Assembly (NCBI GenBank): GCA_013239625.1
Contig: MU053933.1
Span: forward strand, 2,505,026 to 2,565,025
Direction: 5' to 3'
DNA length: 60,000 bases
Origin: Lama guanicoe
Lineage: Eukaryota
Of the stretch, positions 11,801-25,649 are shown one piece after another (position 1 is the first letter of the stretch; each line of letters starts with the position of its first letter). The position numbers and the translations under genes are program-made. Under the pieces are notes generated by a model. It made no database searches and was not told where the DNA came from. It saw only the letters and a list, made by a program, of their open reading frames with translations.

Positions 11801-14800
11801 AGACCCCTGTGTTCAGAAACTGGCAAGGCGACTTGGTGGGAGGACGAAGGGCATCCCCCGTAGCCCTGCGGGTTCTCCACCAGCCTCAGCGTTCATCTCC
11901 CAAACCCGGCCCTCTGCCAGCTGCGGTTTCTGGAGTTTGGATACTTAAACTGCCAACAAACACCCGTCGGGCTCTGGCGAGTGCATGAGCCACCGGACCC
12001 CTGTCAAGGTGCAGGCTCTGATGCTTGGCCGGGGGGGGCGGGGGCTGCGTTTCTGGCCACCCCGAGTGACAAGGTCCCGGCCCCAGGACCTGGGAGCACC
12101 TCCCGTGAGGAAGGGACGGGGCTGCCGGTGGAGCCGGGGCGTTGTCCGGAGGTGGGGACCCCGGCGGGGCGACGGGCTGGCATGGGGAAGCGGCGTGCTC
12201 CTCCCCAGGCGGTAGGTAATGGTGCTCGCTGTAGGGAATGCGGGACATCCTCCAGCACCGAGACAGGAGAGCCACCGGCCCGGCCAGCAGCCTTCCTTTC
12301 CTCTGTGTGGTGCTTCTATTCCACGGCTCCCCCCACGGTGAGCCCTTGACGTGGCCACGAGGACACAAACGCACCCCCACGTCAGTGAAGGTTCTTTCTG
12401 GGGGTCAGGGTCCCACGTAGGTGGGCGCACCTGCAGGGGCCGGGGGGGCTGAGCACCCCCAAGGGGGCCCAGGGAGAGGAGAGGATGGGAGGACAGCTGT
12501 TTCTCTGAGCTGAGCACAGGGGAGGGGGCTCCTCCAGCGTCCTCTAGACCCCAAGAAGCTCACAGGAGCACCAGGAGCAGGACACCCACTCTCCTTTATT
12601 AGCCTCTCGGAGGGCAGGGGTCAGAGGTCGGAGGTCAGGGTCTCCTCAGAACCAGTCCTTGTTGCTGGACACCTGGGGCTCCATGCTTTCCAGAGCTGGG
12701 AGGAGCAGGAAGGGACAGGAAGGAAGGGCCGTGGTGGACGAGGCGGGGGCAGTGCCAGCGCCAGGCCCCGTCGGGCCGACCTGAGAGGAGCCGACCACTC
12801 TTCCACGTTCTCTGAGACACACTAGGACGCAGGCAGTTTTCCTTGGGCGAACCTGCTGTCTGCAGAGAGGCAGCGAGGGCGGCAGACACCTGGGCCCCCG
12901 GAGACACTTCTCTCAGCCCCGCTCACACGGCGGCCCAGTGGGCGCCGCAGCCGAGAAGCAGAAGGCCTCCCTTTGTTAATAACTTTCCATCAGACTTGGT
13001 GTCGGCCTGGAAAGTAGGCCACGGCCAGGCAGGCAGGGCGGGGAGGGCGCCCGGACCCTCGCGGGCTGCGAGGAGCCGCCACTGGGAGGGCCGGCTGCCT
13101 GGCTGGAAGCATTTCCTCTTCTGACTCACATGTGTATTTATAGCTGGAGAGATGCTCCAAGGTTCAGCTCCACAAGTCGGGAGTAGGGAGAGATGAAATC
13201 TCGGCACAGGCCTGGCCCGTCTGCCCCCTCGGCCCGCCGGCGTCTGGCGGCCACTGATGCAGGGCTGTCACCGCTGCTTCCGCCGCCCGTTCTGGACACA
13301 GTGCATTTGCCCACCCCCGTCCCGAGAAGACGCCAACCCCGAAGGGAGCATATCAGTGCTCGGCCGCTGGCTGTCCTGCCTGGGGCGGTGGGGGGGACCT
13401 CACAGGGCGGCTGTGTGTCTGCACCCGCACTCCCCCCGCAGAGCCCCTCGGGGGCAGGAGCTGCAGCCCCGTGGTGTGCAGGTCACCTTGTGCCCAGCGC
13501 AGCCAGAGGGACAAGTTGACAGAGGCCGTTTCTCTCCTGGAGGGCGAGGGCCTGGCACCCCTGAGAAGGGCCCCTGGCTGTGGTGGGGATGGACGGGGGT
13601 GGACAGTGGCCCAAGGAAGGGCTCCTCTGGGCTCAGCCCCTCAGTGCAGTTTCTGCAAATGAAGGCACAGAAAAGGGAGAGGGCTGGAGTCCCCCAGGTC
13701 AGACACAGGTGTGACATGAGTCCCTGGTGTCACCCAGCTTGTGGGGCAGCGAGGTCTCAGCTCCTCCCCTCTCTGGGTTCTGGCCAATTATGGACAAGGA
13801 GCAAAGGGCCGGCGGCTGGGAGGAGGCCCGGGATCTCCCTCCAGCTCAGAGAAGGCAGCGGGTGAGGCTGGAAGGTGCCCTGTCAAGGAATGCCTTGGCT
13901 GCCATCCCTCCGTGGCCTCCCGGGCAGAGGCCAGGCCCCCACCCTCCCTGCTTCTGACTGTTCTCATTGGGCCTGGAGTCAGCCAGGCACCTGCCTCCCA
14001 GCAGACAGCCCTGCCCCCACCCCAGGTGGCTCCTCCAACGCCACCCTGCACCCTCATCCTCTGCCCCAAACTTGGTCTCGCCTGGCCCCTCTGGGAGGGG
14101 GCGGTACTGCTGTGACAGGTGGCCCGAGACTCCCACCATCCACGCCTCTCACGCGTCTCTGAGCCCCCCATCGTGGAAGTCCCCAGGAGAAAGTGAAAAC
14201 CCCAAACTAAAGCCGGAAAGAAAAGATTCAGTGCCCGGTTCCTGGGGACTTGGCGTCTGGGCTCAGACAGCGAGGTCCCGCCTTCCCAGCAGAGGATCAG
14301 CTGGGCTGAGAGGTGCCCCCCGACTCTCACACGTGCTGCCTGGGGGTGGCTGCTGGGTGGCTGTGTGTCCACAGAAGCCTGACTGAGCAGGGCAGGGACC
14401 CCAGCAGAGGCCTAAGGGGTCTGAGAGGGAGAAAAGTGAGGGAGACCATCTCAGGCCTGGCCCCGCCAGGATCCCGGGCAGCCTGTCCCCATCCACGTCC
14501 TGACCCAGGACCCACAGACGTGCCCACGCCCACTGAGAGGCTGACGGTGGCTCTGGGCCCCGGCCTCACCTGGGGGAGACGTGATCTCTCACGGGGTGTC
14601 TGCCACCTCCTGGCCGCAGCCCCGTCTCCAGGCCTGCTTGTGGCCTTTACACCCAGGGTCCCCGTGTCCACCCCTCCTTGTGCCTGGGTGGGCTCCCAGA
14701 GCCCCCGCCTGTGCCCAGCCGGCTGCCTGCAGTCCCGGCTGACTTGGCTATAAGCTCCCGGTCCTGCCTGGGCCGGCTGTCCCCGCCCGTGGACCCTCCC

Positions 14801-17038
14801 AGGTGCGTTTCAGGAGAGCCCCCTCGTAGGGCTCTCGCCTGGGGCTGCTGCGGAGGGTCCTGGCCCAGGGGGAGGCGTCCTCGAGCTCCGTGCCCATCCC
14901 TCGGGAAGCTGCGGCACAGCCCTGCTCACTCCAAGCGGATCGTGTTCTTCCGGGTCTGTGTGCACCGCTGGGACCGCTGAAGTGTCACAGCAGAACGGGT
15001 GTGGAACCTTCCACGTGACCTGAGGCCAGAGCTGCAGAGGCAGTGGGACCTATCTGATCTTCTAAGACTTTGAGACCTCTCTAGAGCAAACGAGTTCGTG
15101 CACACAGCCGGATGTGAGGACGGAGAGATGGGGCTCACCCCCGTCCCAAGGAGCTGCCGCTGGCTTGGGGTGCCTCCTTCCTCGGGGAGCCCCCGTCCTG
15201 CTGGGGAGGGGTCTTGGCCAGCCCCCCACGCCGTCTGCCACGGAAGTTCACCCACGATTAGTCTCTCCCTGCCTCCGTGTCTCTCACTTTGATGATCAGC
15301 TTTTCCGTTCTCACGAGCCCTCCAGTCTGAAGACGTCAGTCTTTCTCCGTGTCTGTTTTTCTTCTCTGTCCCTGTTGCACACGCTGGGCGTGTGCCCAGC
15401 CGCGCTGGCTCTGCCTCCAGGCGCTCGGCCACCTCTGGTCACGGACCCCTCTACCTCTGTCTTTTCAGTCCCGGGAGAATTTCTAACTTCTCTTCAAACT
15501 CCGGGGTTTGCTCTTTTGGGAAGCGGGCGGCCAGCTGCCATTTGCTTTCAGAGTCACCCAGCCCATCTTTTCTCCCCAAGACCCTGTCCTGCCATCCGAG
15601 CGATTCCTGCCCCCCGACGCGGGCACTCGGTTTTTCTGGGCCCGAGGGGCCGAGGTGGGGTTTCTGAGCCCAGCCCCAGAGTCCTGGGGGGCGGGGAAGG
15701 GGTGCGGTCCCGCTGGCTCGGACCCTTCCACAGTGCGGCTGCGGCGGGGGAGGCCCCCTCGCCCCCCCTTCCTGAAGGGTGACTTGGGCGGAGTCCATGC
15801 CCGGCTCAGGAGCTGGGATGGCTCCGTGGTCAGACGGCCCTGCCACACGGCAAGACCCAGCCCCAGTCCACCAACCCCGGGGGCAGGCAGGAGCTTTCCG
15901 GAAGATTCCTGCCTGCGTCTAAGGCGGTGGCTGGGGTTGATCTGGCCCTTCTGTGGGTGACATGCCCCCAGGAGCCGCTCACCAGATGGTGGACCTGGGG
16001 GCGTCCACTGAGCCCCTCTGCATCCCCGTGCCAGGACTATAGGGAGGTCAGGCTCCCTCTTCCGCTCTGGGCTGTGCGTCTGTTCTAGAAATTTCTCCCC
16101 TGGGGCAGGCACTTCCTTCTTCCACCAGGGACACAGTTCGTTCCTCGGGGAGATTTCAGCAAGAGCTGGGGTGAGGGAGGAGGCTGTGCAGCTGGAGGCC
16201 GTGGTCACAGCCCGTCCTGAGCTGGAGGCCGCGCTGATTTTCCTGCATCCCCATGGGGCTTGCAGGCGCCATCGCCCCGTGTGCAGGAACATCTGTGCTC
16301 CAGGGCTCGGGGCGGGGGCCGAGGCCCCCATGGGCCAGGGAGGGCGGACTTGGGTCCAGACCGGACACAACCCAGGCTGCCTGACGCCCAGGCCGAGACG
16401 GCTCTCTTTGCTGATGGAAAGGCATGTGAAGGGGAGAGGCGGAGTGTACTGGAGGCCACGGGCGGCCGAGGGCCCTTCCCGCATGGCTGTTCAGGAGCGC
16501 AGTGATTTATTTCCTTGTCTGAGCCTTGCTTCGCAGTGGGGTTTGCAGCCATGAAATTTCTTGGCCAGGACATTTGTGTCTTAGGAAATGTTGGGTTGCA
16601 CTTTTATTTTTAGCTTCAGGAATGCGACACTTGATATTATTTGGGTTTTTTAAGATGGGCCAACTTTAAGATGAGAACTATGTCCCCTAACCCAGAGCCA
16701 ATTCCAGAACCTTTCCATCCAAACACAGGGCCTCGGTTCCACCCTCGGCAGGGCACGCTGTCCGCGCTCTGTTCTGGTGAGGCTTCTGCCGGCGTCCCCG
16801 CTGTGCCCTGAGCCCACACTGCCAGCCAGGAGGAGCTGGGCTCTGGTCTGGTGGCGCAGAGAGCAAGCCACCTTCTAGGCTGGGGCAGGAGCCAGGCTCT
16901 CCGCCGAATCCCCCCTGGAGGGGCCTCTCTGGGAGCGGACACCTCTCCAGGAAGCCGCCTCACCGGTGCAGGGCCGCACACGCAGCAGGCGAGCTCCTGG
17001 GGCCCTGGGTCTTCCAAGGATGACCAGGTGTGCCGCGA

Positions 17039-17052
17039 GCACCAGGGGGCGC
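17039..17052 (+). promoter_or_regulatory. Candidate CTCF motif
   Basis: gCACCAGGGGGCGC has one mismatch to the CCACCAGGGGGCGC core; motif match only. Confidence 0.3.
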
Positions 17053-19209
17053 TTCTGCCTGAGGGCGGGGTCACGGCCCTGGGGGCCTGGGGCTGCGTGG
17101 GGAGCCTCGGCCTCAGTACCTTCCTCCCCATGAAGGGCCGTCCGGCTAGGATCAGGGTGTTATGGACTTGGGTCCAGACCCCTGCACTCAGCTGCCCCCC
17201 ACACCTCTGTTCCGGGGTCCCAGGGGGTCTCCATTCACCCCGACCTCGAGGTCCGCACTTCCGCCTTTGCCATCTTGGAGCAGAGCCTGTCGGGCAGACA
17301 CGTCCCCGGACGTGGAGACGTGGAGGACTTGGTTTGAGTCTCGGGTCTGCACCAGCCACTGTCCTGGGGAAGCCACCCACGAGCCGGGACCCCAACCGCT
17401 CGGAGGTGGGAAGAGCCCCACGAGGGTGCCCCGCACCCCACGCCTGTGGGGCAGCTGGACACGGCCAGGCCTGCGTGGAGACACGCTCGCCTCCCAGCCC
17501 ACAAGAGAGGCTGGACGGGCGCCCTTCTCCTCGGGCTGGGCGGGTGCCTGGTGGGGAGACGAGCATCCTCAGTGACGGTGGAGCCAGTGTGTCTCGTCCA
17601 CGTCCTGAATCGAGTCCCTGGGCCTCTGAGCGTTTGTCTCTGTAACAGCTCCGTTTTCCCCACTTTGCAGGAATTCCTGTGTTTTAAAGGGAGGCAAAGG
17701 CTTTCCCAGTGTTAGTGGGAGCACGTGCCACGCGGGCTCAGGGAGGACACCAGGCCCCAGGAAGGGCTGGGGCAGCAGCGTGCGGCCGTCAGTCCCTGGG
17801 GGCCGGGGGCCCCGCGGGCTGCACGGGAGGGGCTTCTGGGCTCTGGCTCCGCGTGCTTGTTCACCAGTGGGGACCCAGCACTGTCTCACAAGTGCCAGAC
17901 GGACTATGTGATGCGCGGGTGACCATGACTGCTCGGCGGGGCAGGCGGCAGCCTCATGGCCTCCGTCCACGCTGAGGAGAGTCCTTGGGGCTGCGGTGGA
18001 GGGCGGGAGCGGCGGGGCCAGGACGCCCAGGGCAGGGCGGCCGGAAGGCTTTAGGGGGCTCTCCCTCACTTGCAGGATGTGGCCGCGCAGGCCCTTAGGG
18101 TGCTAACGTCTGTGGGCTCGACCTCAGGCAACCTCTGGAACTCACCCCAATTTTTAAGTTTCCGATCTACACCAGGGAGCAGGGAGGCCCAGGCTGTGGC
18201 TGTTCTGGGCCCACAGCCCCTGCGTTGTTTGGGGAAGCAGCCCTCAGCTGCCTGTTCATTTCAGTCACAAGTGCGACCAGGGTCTCCCTGGGGAGGACAG
18301 AATCTGGGACCCACGTGGGCAGCCTCGTCCAACCAGCTTGGGCCCGATGCAGCTGCTGGAGCTGCAGAAGGCAGAGCAGGTGCTAACCCTGGCTCAGAGG
18401 GCCCCAGAAGGCCACTGGGCCGGCCTCGGGAACTGGATAGAGCGCCGGGAAGGCGCCTGCGAGCCAGAGCGTGGGGGGCCCGCCAGCCAGCACTGGGGTG
18501 CCGTGGCAGCTGGCTCCCCCCGGAGCATCGGGTCTGCTGGGTGTGCCCACACCAGAAAACTCATGCTTATCTCCTGGGGCATAAAAGCCCCCAAACCTCT
18601 GTCTGCTCCTTCACGCGTTTGTTCCCCGGAGACCTGTCCCTCCCTCCCACATTGTCCACAACCAGTGAGCTGCTGGGCTTTCTCAGCGAACCACCTCTTG
18701 GTCCAGCCCAGCAGACCCTGGTCCTCAGGCCACACCCTTCACTGCATTCGGGCCATCTGATGACTGTCCCAGAGGTTCTGCCGGGCTAGGTGATGGTCCA
18801 GGGCCAGGGCACGGCAGGGAAACCAGTGCCCGCGCAGGGCTCCCTGCCAGGGACAGGCTGGCTGGAGACAGGAGCGAGTGGGGGCTGGGATTCAGGCGGA
18901 CCCCCAAGGGAAGGGTGTGGGCGCACCTTGCCAGGAGGGCACCCCAGGAAAGGCGGGTCAGAGGGGCCGGGGTCTGAGGGCTGTGGGTGCTCGGGGCGAG
19001 GGGAGCGCACGGAGCCCGGTGTCTCCTGCTGGGAGGAGCACAGGCCCCCGGAGAGATGGGGGGCGGGAAGGGACGCTGCAGCCTCTGGGTGGGTGGCGGC
19101 CATGGAACAGGTGCTCCCGGTGGCAGTCCCCTGGGCCTTCTCCCCTGTCAGTTGCCTCTCTTTGTGTCCCCAGCACCCAGCACAGCGGGCCTCAGTACAT
19201 ATCTCTTGA

Positions 19210-20300
19210 GCTGAATTTTTAAAACCAGCCTATTACATAGGACACAGTGACACTCCGAGCGCGGGCTGCATGCTGGAGGCTAAGCACGGGCAGAGTCAGA
19301 CAGAGCTAAACCCAGCTCTTCCTTCTCAGCCGCTCCAGACGAGGCCCAGGAGCTCGTCGACACCTAATGTTTGGAAACCACAGCTGTTACTGGAACAGGC
19401 CCACGGTGACCTCACACCTGCGGCAAGGACAGGGTTCTTCGGGGAAGAAACAACACAGCTGGAGAACGAGTCAGAAGCCTTGAAACTGGAAACGTGATTC
19501 TCACAGTAAAAATTCAGTGGGTAGCCGGAGGAGGAAGAGGAAGCAATTTTCTGAAATGCAGAGAACTCAAAGGTGTGGATGAATTCGGGACAAATTAGGA
19601 AACCGGGAGGCTTTTCCAGGTATTGCACCGCCCACCGAGGAAAGTTCCAGAATGAGGAGACAGACAACGGGGGAGGGAAGACTAAGAGAATTAATAGGAG
19701 ACAATGTCCCAGAGTTGAAGCGTCTCAGGCTGAAAGGCCACAGCGTCCCGAACAGGTTGAAGGACAGAAGGTCCGCCACTGAGGCACCCGCTGAGGTCCG
19801 GAGACTCCGGGGCAGAGGGAGGACGGTCAGAGCTGGGCCAGAGGGGGAGCGAGCTGCCTGCCGAGGGGCAGGGCCCCGCTGGCTCGGCATCGCTGGCGTC
19901 GGTTTTCTGCAGGACGGCCTTGGTGCTTCCGGGAAACGGTGACTGGGAAGCTAGAATTCGACAGCCGGCTGAACAGTCCATCAAAGCCGACGGCAAGGCA
20001 GACCTGCGGCCAGACCTGTGGGAGCTCAGAACACACGCTTCCCACCCGACTTGAAACGAAGCTGAGGAGGAAGAAGGGGGCGTGGGACGGAGGGGACGTG
20101 CCCCCGCCCACACCCAAGGTCGCAGATTGCTGGCCAACGAGGTGGCCCCTGTGCAGACGGCACCGCCAAGAGAGGCAGAGTCGGGGCCCCTGGAGCGGGG
20201 GCGCCAACCCAGGGACAGTCCTTTCAACAACAGAGTAATTACAAAGCGGACGAGCTGGGGTGAACACACATACTTCTGTCATCAAGAAAAAGAAAGGAAA
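19210..20300 (+). mobile_element. Ancient L1/HAL1 ORF1 remnant
   Basis: Peptide LRELIGDNVPELKRLRLKGHSVPNRLKDRRS resembles L1 ORF1p (EEII.ENFPELK...AH.VP); heavily decayed. Confidence 0.6.
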
Positions 20301-21106
20301 GCAACTAGAAAGCCCAAGGTACACCAGATGCGTGCGGGGGAAGGGGCACCCGGTGCCGAAAGCCGCCAGGGGCAGCAGCGTGGTGGCCGGAGCGTGTGAG
20401 GCGAGGGCTCCCCCGTGTCCCGGCTCCTCGGCAGCACCGCTCGTCCGCGAGACCCCCTTCCTTCCCGCTGACTCAGCCACAGCGCGAAGGGCTGGAGAGA
20501 AGGACGGACAACAGGAAATAGGGCGCCAGAAGCCCACATTCAGGAGCCTGATGCTTTAACAGAGAAAAGCCTGCTGCGCTGTGGCCTTGGGAAGTGGGCC
20601 CGTCACACAGACATGCCCCCCGCAGGCCTCACGTGCCCACATCCAGGAGCCTTTCCTGCAGGTCCAGCCCACGTGAGCGCAAGGCTTCCACCAAGCCGCC
20701 AGTCGGACCCAAGGTCGGGTACCGCCTGCCGCCCGCCTGCCCTGCGCTGTTTTCGCAGCGGATGGTATTCAGCCGTGAAGCCGGGGGATGCTCCTTCTGA
20801 GCAAGGGCTTGTCCGGACAGGCCCATGAGCACAGCGCCCCGCGGGGGAAGCCCCTGGAAAGACCGCGGGGCCTGATACCGGCGCTGATGGGGGCTGGGGA
20901 GGCGGAGCGCCTTTATTGCGAGCTCTGTAAAGGAATTATCTACCCTAAAGCAGAATTGTGGTTTTAACAGAACTGTCATTATTATTCTGTGAAGCTCTGG
21001 CTGCCGGCTAGGTGGCCACCCCAGAGGAGCAGAGCAAAGTCAGCCAGCCGCCCGCGTCCTCCTGGGGAGGGCGCGGGGGGCGCGGGAGGCAGGCGGGTCC
21101 TTTTAG

Positions 21107-21185
21107 GTCATGATCTGAGTATTTACGGTTACTTCCGTAGTTTTTTCAGCCCTTACTTTGGATTCTATGTTTGTGATTTTAGAAA
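21107..21185 (+). pseudogene. Candidate decayed exon of an unidentified gene (GHDLSIYGYFRSFFSPYFGFYVCDFR)
   Basis: Acceptor gtccttttag|, donor AAA|gtaaat, open 79-nt frame, AT-richer than its flanks. Confidence 0.35.
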
Positions 21186-23145
21186 GTAAATGGGGAGGAT
21201 GAAATGAAGTGGAAACACAGTTTCATGAGAAGGCAGAGATACGCTGTTGGGTAATAGGAGAACCGGGGCCCCCAGCCTTGACCTCGTGCTGCCCGTGGCT
21301 GCCTCCCGAGATGCCAGGCCACTGGGGTGTCGCTGGGCTCCAGAGGGGACGGGCGACCCAGGGCCCCGCAGGTGGGCAAGGCTGGCCCCACAAGCTCCTT
21401 TTTCCTCTGAGTGACAGGGGTGGGTAGGATCTTCTTCCGGGAAGAGTTTCCACCACCAAACACAGCCAGGGCGAAAGCCACATTGGGCGAGGCACACACA
21501 TTGGTGCCCAGGGCGGCGGAGGGGACGTGCTGCAGACGGCCAGCCATGGAGTCTGGAGAGGCCCTGGACTTCTGTTTCCGGGGCGAATCCACAGAGGGTG
21601 GGAGCCGCGGCTTCCCGGGCCGCGCCCGGCACAGGCGTCTCTCTGTCTGTGGACGTGAGAGCGGGGATTAGGGTGGAAGACAGCCCTCACTAAGGCGGCT
21701 GCTGTTTTGAGGCTCTGCAAACGTTTATTTTCAGCCTGAAGTTTTCCGTCTAAATTCACGTTTTGCAGTTTAACCGAATTACTTTCATTCATTTCTCAAT
21801 TTCCGTAAGGTGATGAATTCCTTCCTCACCACTTTAAAAGTGCCTCCAAGGGTTTTGTTATTTCGCCTGCAGATAAATCCAAAGCAGCCCAGACGTGAGA
21901 GCTGGACTTTTCCCTTTGTCTGGCCTTTGCTGAGAGCCCCTCCACCCCCGGGTGATTCTGGGAAGAAAAAGGAAAAATAACAAAATCACACGTAATTGAA
22001 AAATCGCTTGGCCTTGGGGAGCTCGGGGTCCCACGGGCGCTCAGGGCTGTCCGTGCGGGCGGTTCTGTACGGGCTGCTCGCCCTCCTTCTGGACGGTCTC
22101 CCACCGGTTTGGACGGGCCACCTTTCCCTTGCCCTTCCCCCAAAATCCGCTTCAGAAGAAAGAAATGAGGAGAATTCAACCAACCCTGCCAGGATGCTGG
22201 CCCTGTCCCGACTGGCCCTGAGGGACTGTCGTGGGGACATCTTGTCACCTAGAAATGAACAGTGGTGAAGGCAGGGAAGGTCATGGTCACCCGCCCGGGG
22301 GGAGTGGGCCAGGGCTGGGGGCCGAGGGGTCAGTAGCCTGCCTGCCTTGGTTCCTCCTGGCTCATTACATCCAATTCAATCTTGTAAATATCGCACTAAA
22401 ATATTATTTATCTTGAGTCCTGGGTGTTTGGGGACAAGCCAGCTCAGTCCTTGTTCTAGTGGGTCAGAGGCTGTACAGTGACCTTGTGTGTGTTTCTGTG
22501 AAGCGTGCACGTGCGTGTGCGTGTGTGGTGGCAGGTACAGTCTAGGGTGAGGAGGGGCTGCAGCTGTGGGAAAATAAAAATCGGGAAAAACGGCCTGAGT
22601 CTGGCCTGTTTCCACACCACTCTCGCCTCCCGGGGTCTCGGACCCGGGGCAACGCCCTTGGGAGTGGAAAGCACAGACATCTCCACAGGACAGGTGTGGA
22701 GGCAAGCAGGTGGGGCTGGCCTGGCCTCCAGCATTCACTGCCCCCGACCCCCAGGGTCTCAGGGGCCGCTCCAGGCCTGCTTGTCCCTGGGAAGGGCAGG
22801 AGGGGCTGGAGGGGGAGACGGCACAGAGAAAACGCACAGCCCGGTGCTCGGAGGAGGTGCTCCAGCTAACCCAGACCCAACCAAGACCTGCAAACTGGTC
22901 TTGGAATGTCATGCCATCCCAACCAGATTCTACCTGCATTTCTTCCTGATAAAACTAATTCTGTCTTTGTGTGAGAGAGAATAGAGAGCCACACGTACTT
23001 CAGTGAAGGTTGGAAGGGAGGAGCAGAGAGTGAGGACTTGTCCTGGCAGATACTGAGGCATCAACGGGGGTCGCCTCAGAAGGATGCAGGAAAGACAGCA
23101 GACAAACCCAGACTGAGGGGTGCTCTGCAGCGCCTCCCCGGTGCT

Positions 23146-23258
23146 GCCCGCCTGCCCGTCCTCCCCGGCTGCCTGTCCTCCCCATCCTCCCCACCCACCC
23201 AGGTCTCCCGTCCTCCCCGCCTGCCCGTCCTCCCCGGCTGTCCGGCCTCCCTGCCCGG
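23146..23258. repeat. C-rich degenerate minisatellite (ctgcccgtcctccccg)n
   Basis: Several imperfect copies of cccgtcctccccg are visible directly. Confidence 0.75.
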
Positions 23259-23274
23259 GTCGTCTGAAGCAAGG

Positions 23275-23565
23275 AAGTGTGAGAAGCTGTCGTAGCCAGA
23301 AGGAGCCGAAGGAAACCTGATGACAGAAGTAAGGTGATGTCCTAGACGGGGCCCTAGGACAGAAAAGCCAAGGAAACGTGAGGAATGCACAACCGTACGT
23401 TTCTTGTACGGTAGTGATGCTGGGTGATCAGTTGTGACAAAGGTCCCTGGTGACACGCTAACAGCGGAGCAAACTGGATGCAGGGCGTATGGACACCCCT
23501 GTACTGCCTCTGCAAATTGTAAATCTGGAAGTGCTCTAAAATTAAAAATGTATTTCAAAAAAAGA
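23275..23565 (+). mobile_element. L1MC-type 3' UTR fragment
   Basis: ...ctgtactgcctctgcaaattgtaaatctggaagtgctctaaaattaaaaatgtattt is a typical L1MC 3' terminus. Confidence 0.65.
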
Positions 23566-24363
23566 CTCAGGAGCTCAATTGGAAAGTTTCTCACAAGCAC
23601 AGTTTAAGCTTCAATAATGATCATGGGAAGATTCTTAATCCCATAAATTCACAATCTTTTTAAATAAAAAGAAATAGCCGTCTTCAGAGGGATGGGGAAC
23701 CAGCTCGTTACTGCAAAACTGGTGAGTGAAGGGACAGTCAGTGTCTGTCCTGCTTTCTACAAGCGCCTGCCACGGGCACCCAGCTAACAGAAGGGGAGAC
23801 ACTAGAGCCATCGGTTGTGGTCGGACTGGGGTTGGAGAAGGAAGACTGAAGTGAGGCTATGGCCGTGGAAACCCAGCGCCTTCAGCGGTGGAAGTGCTGA
23901 GTCCACGGCGGCTGGCATCACAGACAACCCGCCACGCCTCCTGGAGTCCTGGCAGAGCTTGCAACCTGAGCCTGTCTCCCTCCGACCACCCGCCAGCCCC
24001 CAGGAGACAGAGCACAGAGGGGCGTGTGGAACCCGCAAGGCTGCGCTCAGCCGCCAGGCAGCCCGGGAGGGACCAGCTGGGGATGGAGGGAGGCCTCGTG
24101 GGTCCAAAGGCACCTGAACGGCACTCTAGTTACCTGGAAGCTTGGGCAAGAAAAGACCCAACCGCAGGTTCTGGAGACTCACCGTGGCCGAGCCCGACGA
24201 CGGAGTGCACACAGGTGGTTCCCATGAAGGTCGGGTCCTGGTTACGGGGGGGAGGGAGGACGGGGGGGCCTGGCTGAGGGGCCACTGGGGGCCAGCAATG
24301 CTCTGCTTCTGAACAGGCCGTCACTCTGTAATCATTCCTTCTGCTGTGTTGGTTTTGTGTGGT

Positions 24364-24456
24364 TTTCCTTTTTTTTTTTGGGGGGGGTTTTTTTGTTTTT
24401 TTTGTTTTAAGTTAAAATAAAAAGATTAAAAAAAAAAAGAAAATCTAAAAAAAAAG
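24364..24456. repeat. Low-complexity T-rich/G-run/A-rich tract
   Basis: Poly-T and poly-G runs followed by A-rich runs. Confidence 0.8.
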
Positions 24457-25211
24457 CAAATGTAAAACTGTAGCAAATAACTTTTCAGATTAATCCTTTA
24501 GACCAGAATGTTTCACTCGTGTGACTGGAAGCCCCATCTGAGCAAGTTAACCAGTGGCCTGAGGTCAGGAGAGGAGCCTCGTTACTGCCTAGACCCACCC
24601 ATGGGTTCACAGGGCTCCTTCTGACCGTGAGGGAAACCGTCGGCGACTCGTGACCTTCTCGCATCTCATCATCTTATAAGTGTCCGGGAGGCGCTCCCTC
24701 GGGATGCTAGCATCACTGCGCAGGGCGTGTGAAGCTGGCGGAGCAGGTCTTGTAAGATCTCCTACGTAAACGCTCTATCTCTGCCCGGTTTCAATTTCAG
24801 GGACCCTGCCCGGCCAGGAGCCCAGCACCCGCCCCGTGAGAGGCTCAGGGGGCTGGCCTGCGGTAGGTGGGGCTGCTTGAGAGTTCTTCAAGGCCTGTTC
24901 CCTTTCTCATGCCTCCCAGGCAACCTGGAGTCAACTCCAAGACCCTTCTCTGCACCCCCGCCACAACAGCGGTGCTGTGATTGTCTGAAGTAGACCCTGT
25001 CTCTTTGGCTTGGAGAGCAGGTGAGACGTGGGGGAGGACAGAGGAGAGGTGGTGCAGGCCTTGCCCTCAGTGGCGGGATTTGTGCAGCCCAGAGCCCGTG
25101 CGGCCGGAAGAAGGCAGGGACCGGGATGTGACCTACAGATCCAGGGCTCTGGGGTAGGTAAGCTCGGGGCCACTGCGACCTTCCACTTTGGATTGTTTCC
25201 TCTCTGTTCAG

Positions 25212-25464
25212 TGCGTTTAACATCCAGCCAGAGGGAAGTGGAAAATAACATGACAGACTCCATCTATCCCCACAGAGCCCCAGAGGCCACCGCAATCACC
25301 GCGTGTCCGTCCCCAGCCCTTCCGTGGCCTCCCCGGGGATGCAGAGCCCTGAGTGGATGTGACAGGGCCTGGGGGACCTGCCCTGGCCTGGCACTCGAGC
25401 CGCAGGACGGTCTGGACTGTCGTTTGCACAAAGATGAGTTAGTTGTCAGTTTAAATATAAATCG
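25212..25464 (+). pseudogene. Candidate decayed exon ending ...DCRLHKDELVVSLNINR
   Basis: Strong polypyrimidine acceptor tttcctctctgttcag|; phase-2 donor AATCG|gtaaac joins in frame to the exon at 30671. Confidence 0.4.
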
Positions 25465-25649
25465 GTAAACTATTTTCAACATTAAAAATAAAGTGAGAGC
25501 AGCTTATTTGCATCTGAAGACATTTTAATGTGGAGGTACACAAACTTGATCGGGGAACATGATCCTTCTCTGAGAGATGTCAGGCTGCAGTTGATTCTCC
25601 CCCTGTTCTTTTTGCCTTAATAGTTAAAAATATTTCTATTGTGATCTCC

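Noticed and set aside
16345..17180. 17-bp direct repeat ggacttgggtccagacc ~820 bp apart
   Set aside because: Plausible by chance in GC-rich sequence or from MIR-like relics; no element structure between the copies.
15483..18789. ORFs of 239-333 aa on both strands
   Set aside because: Same GC artefact, with no homology or exon structure recognised.
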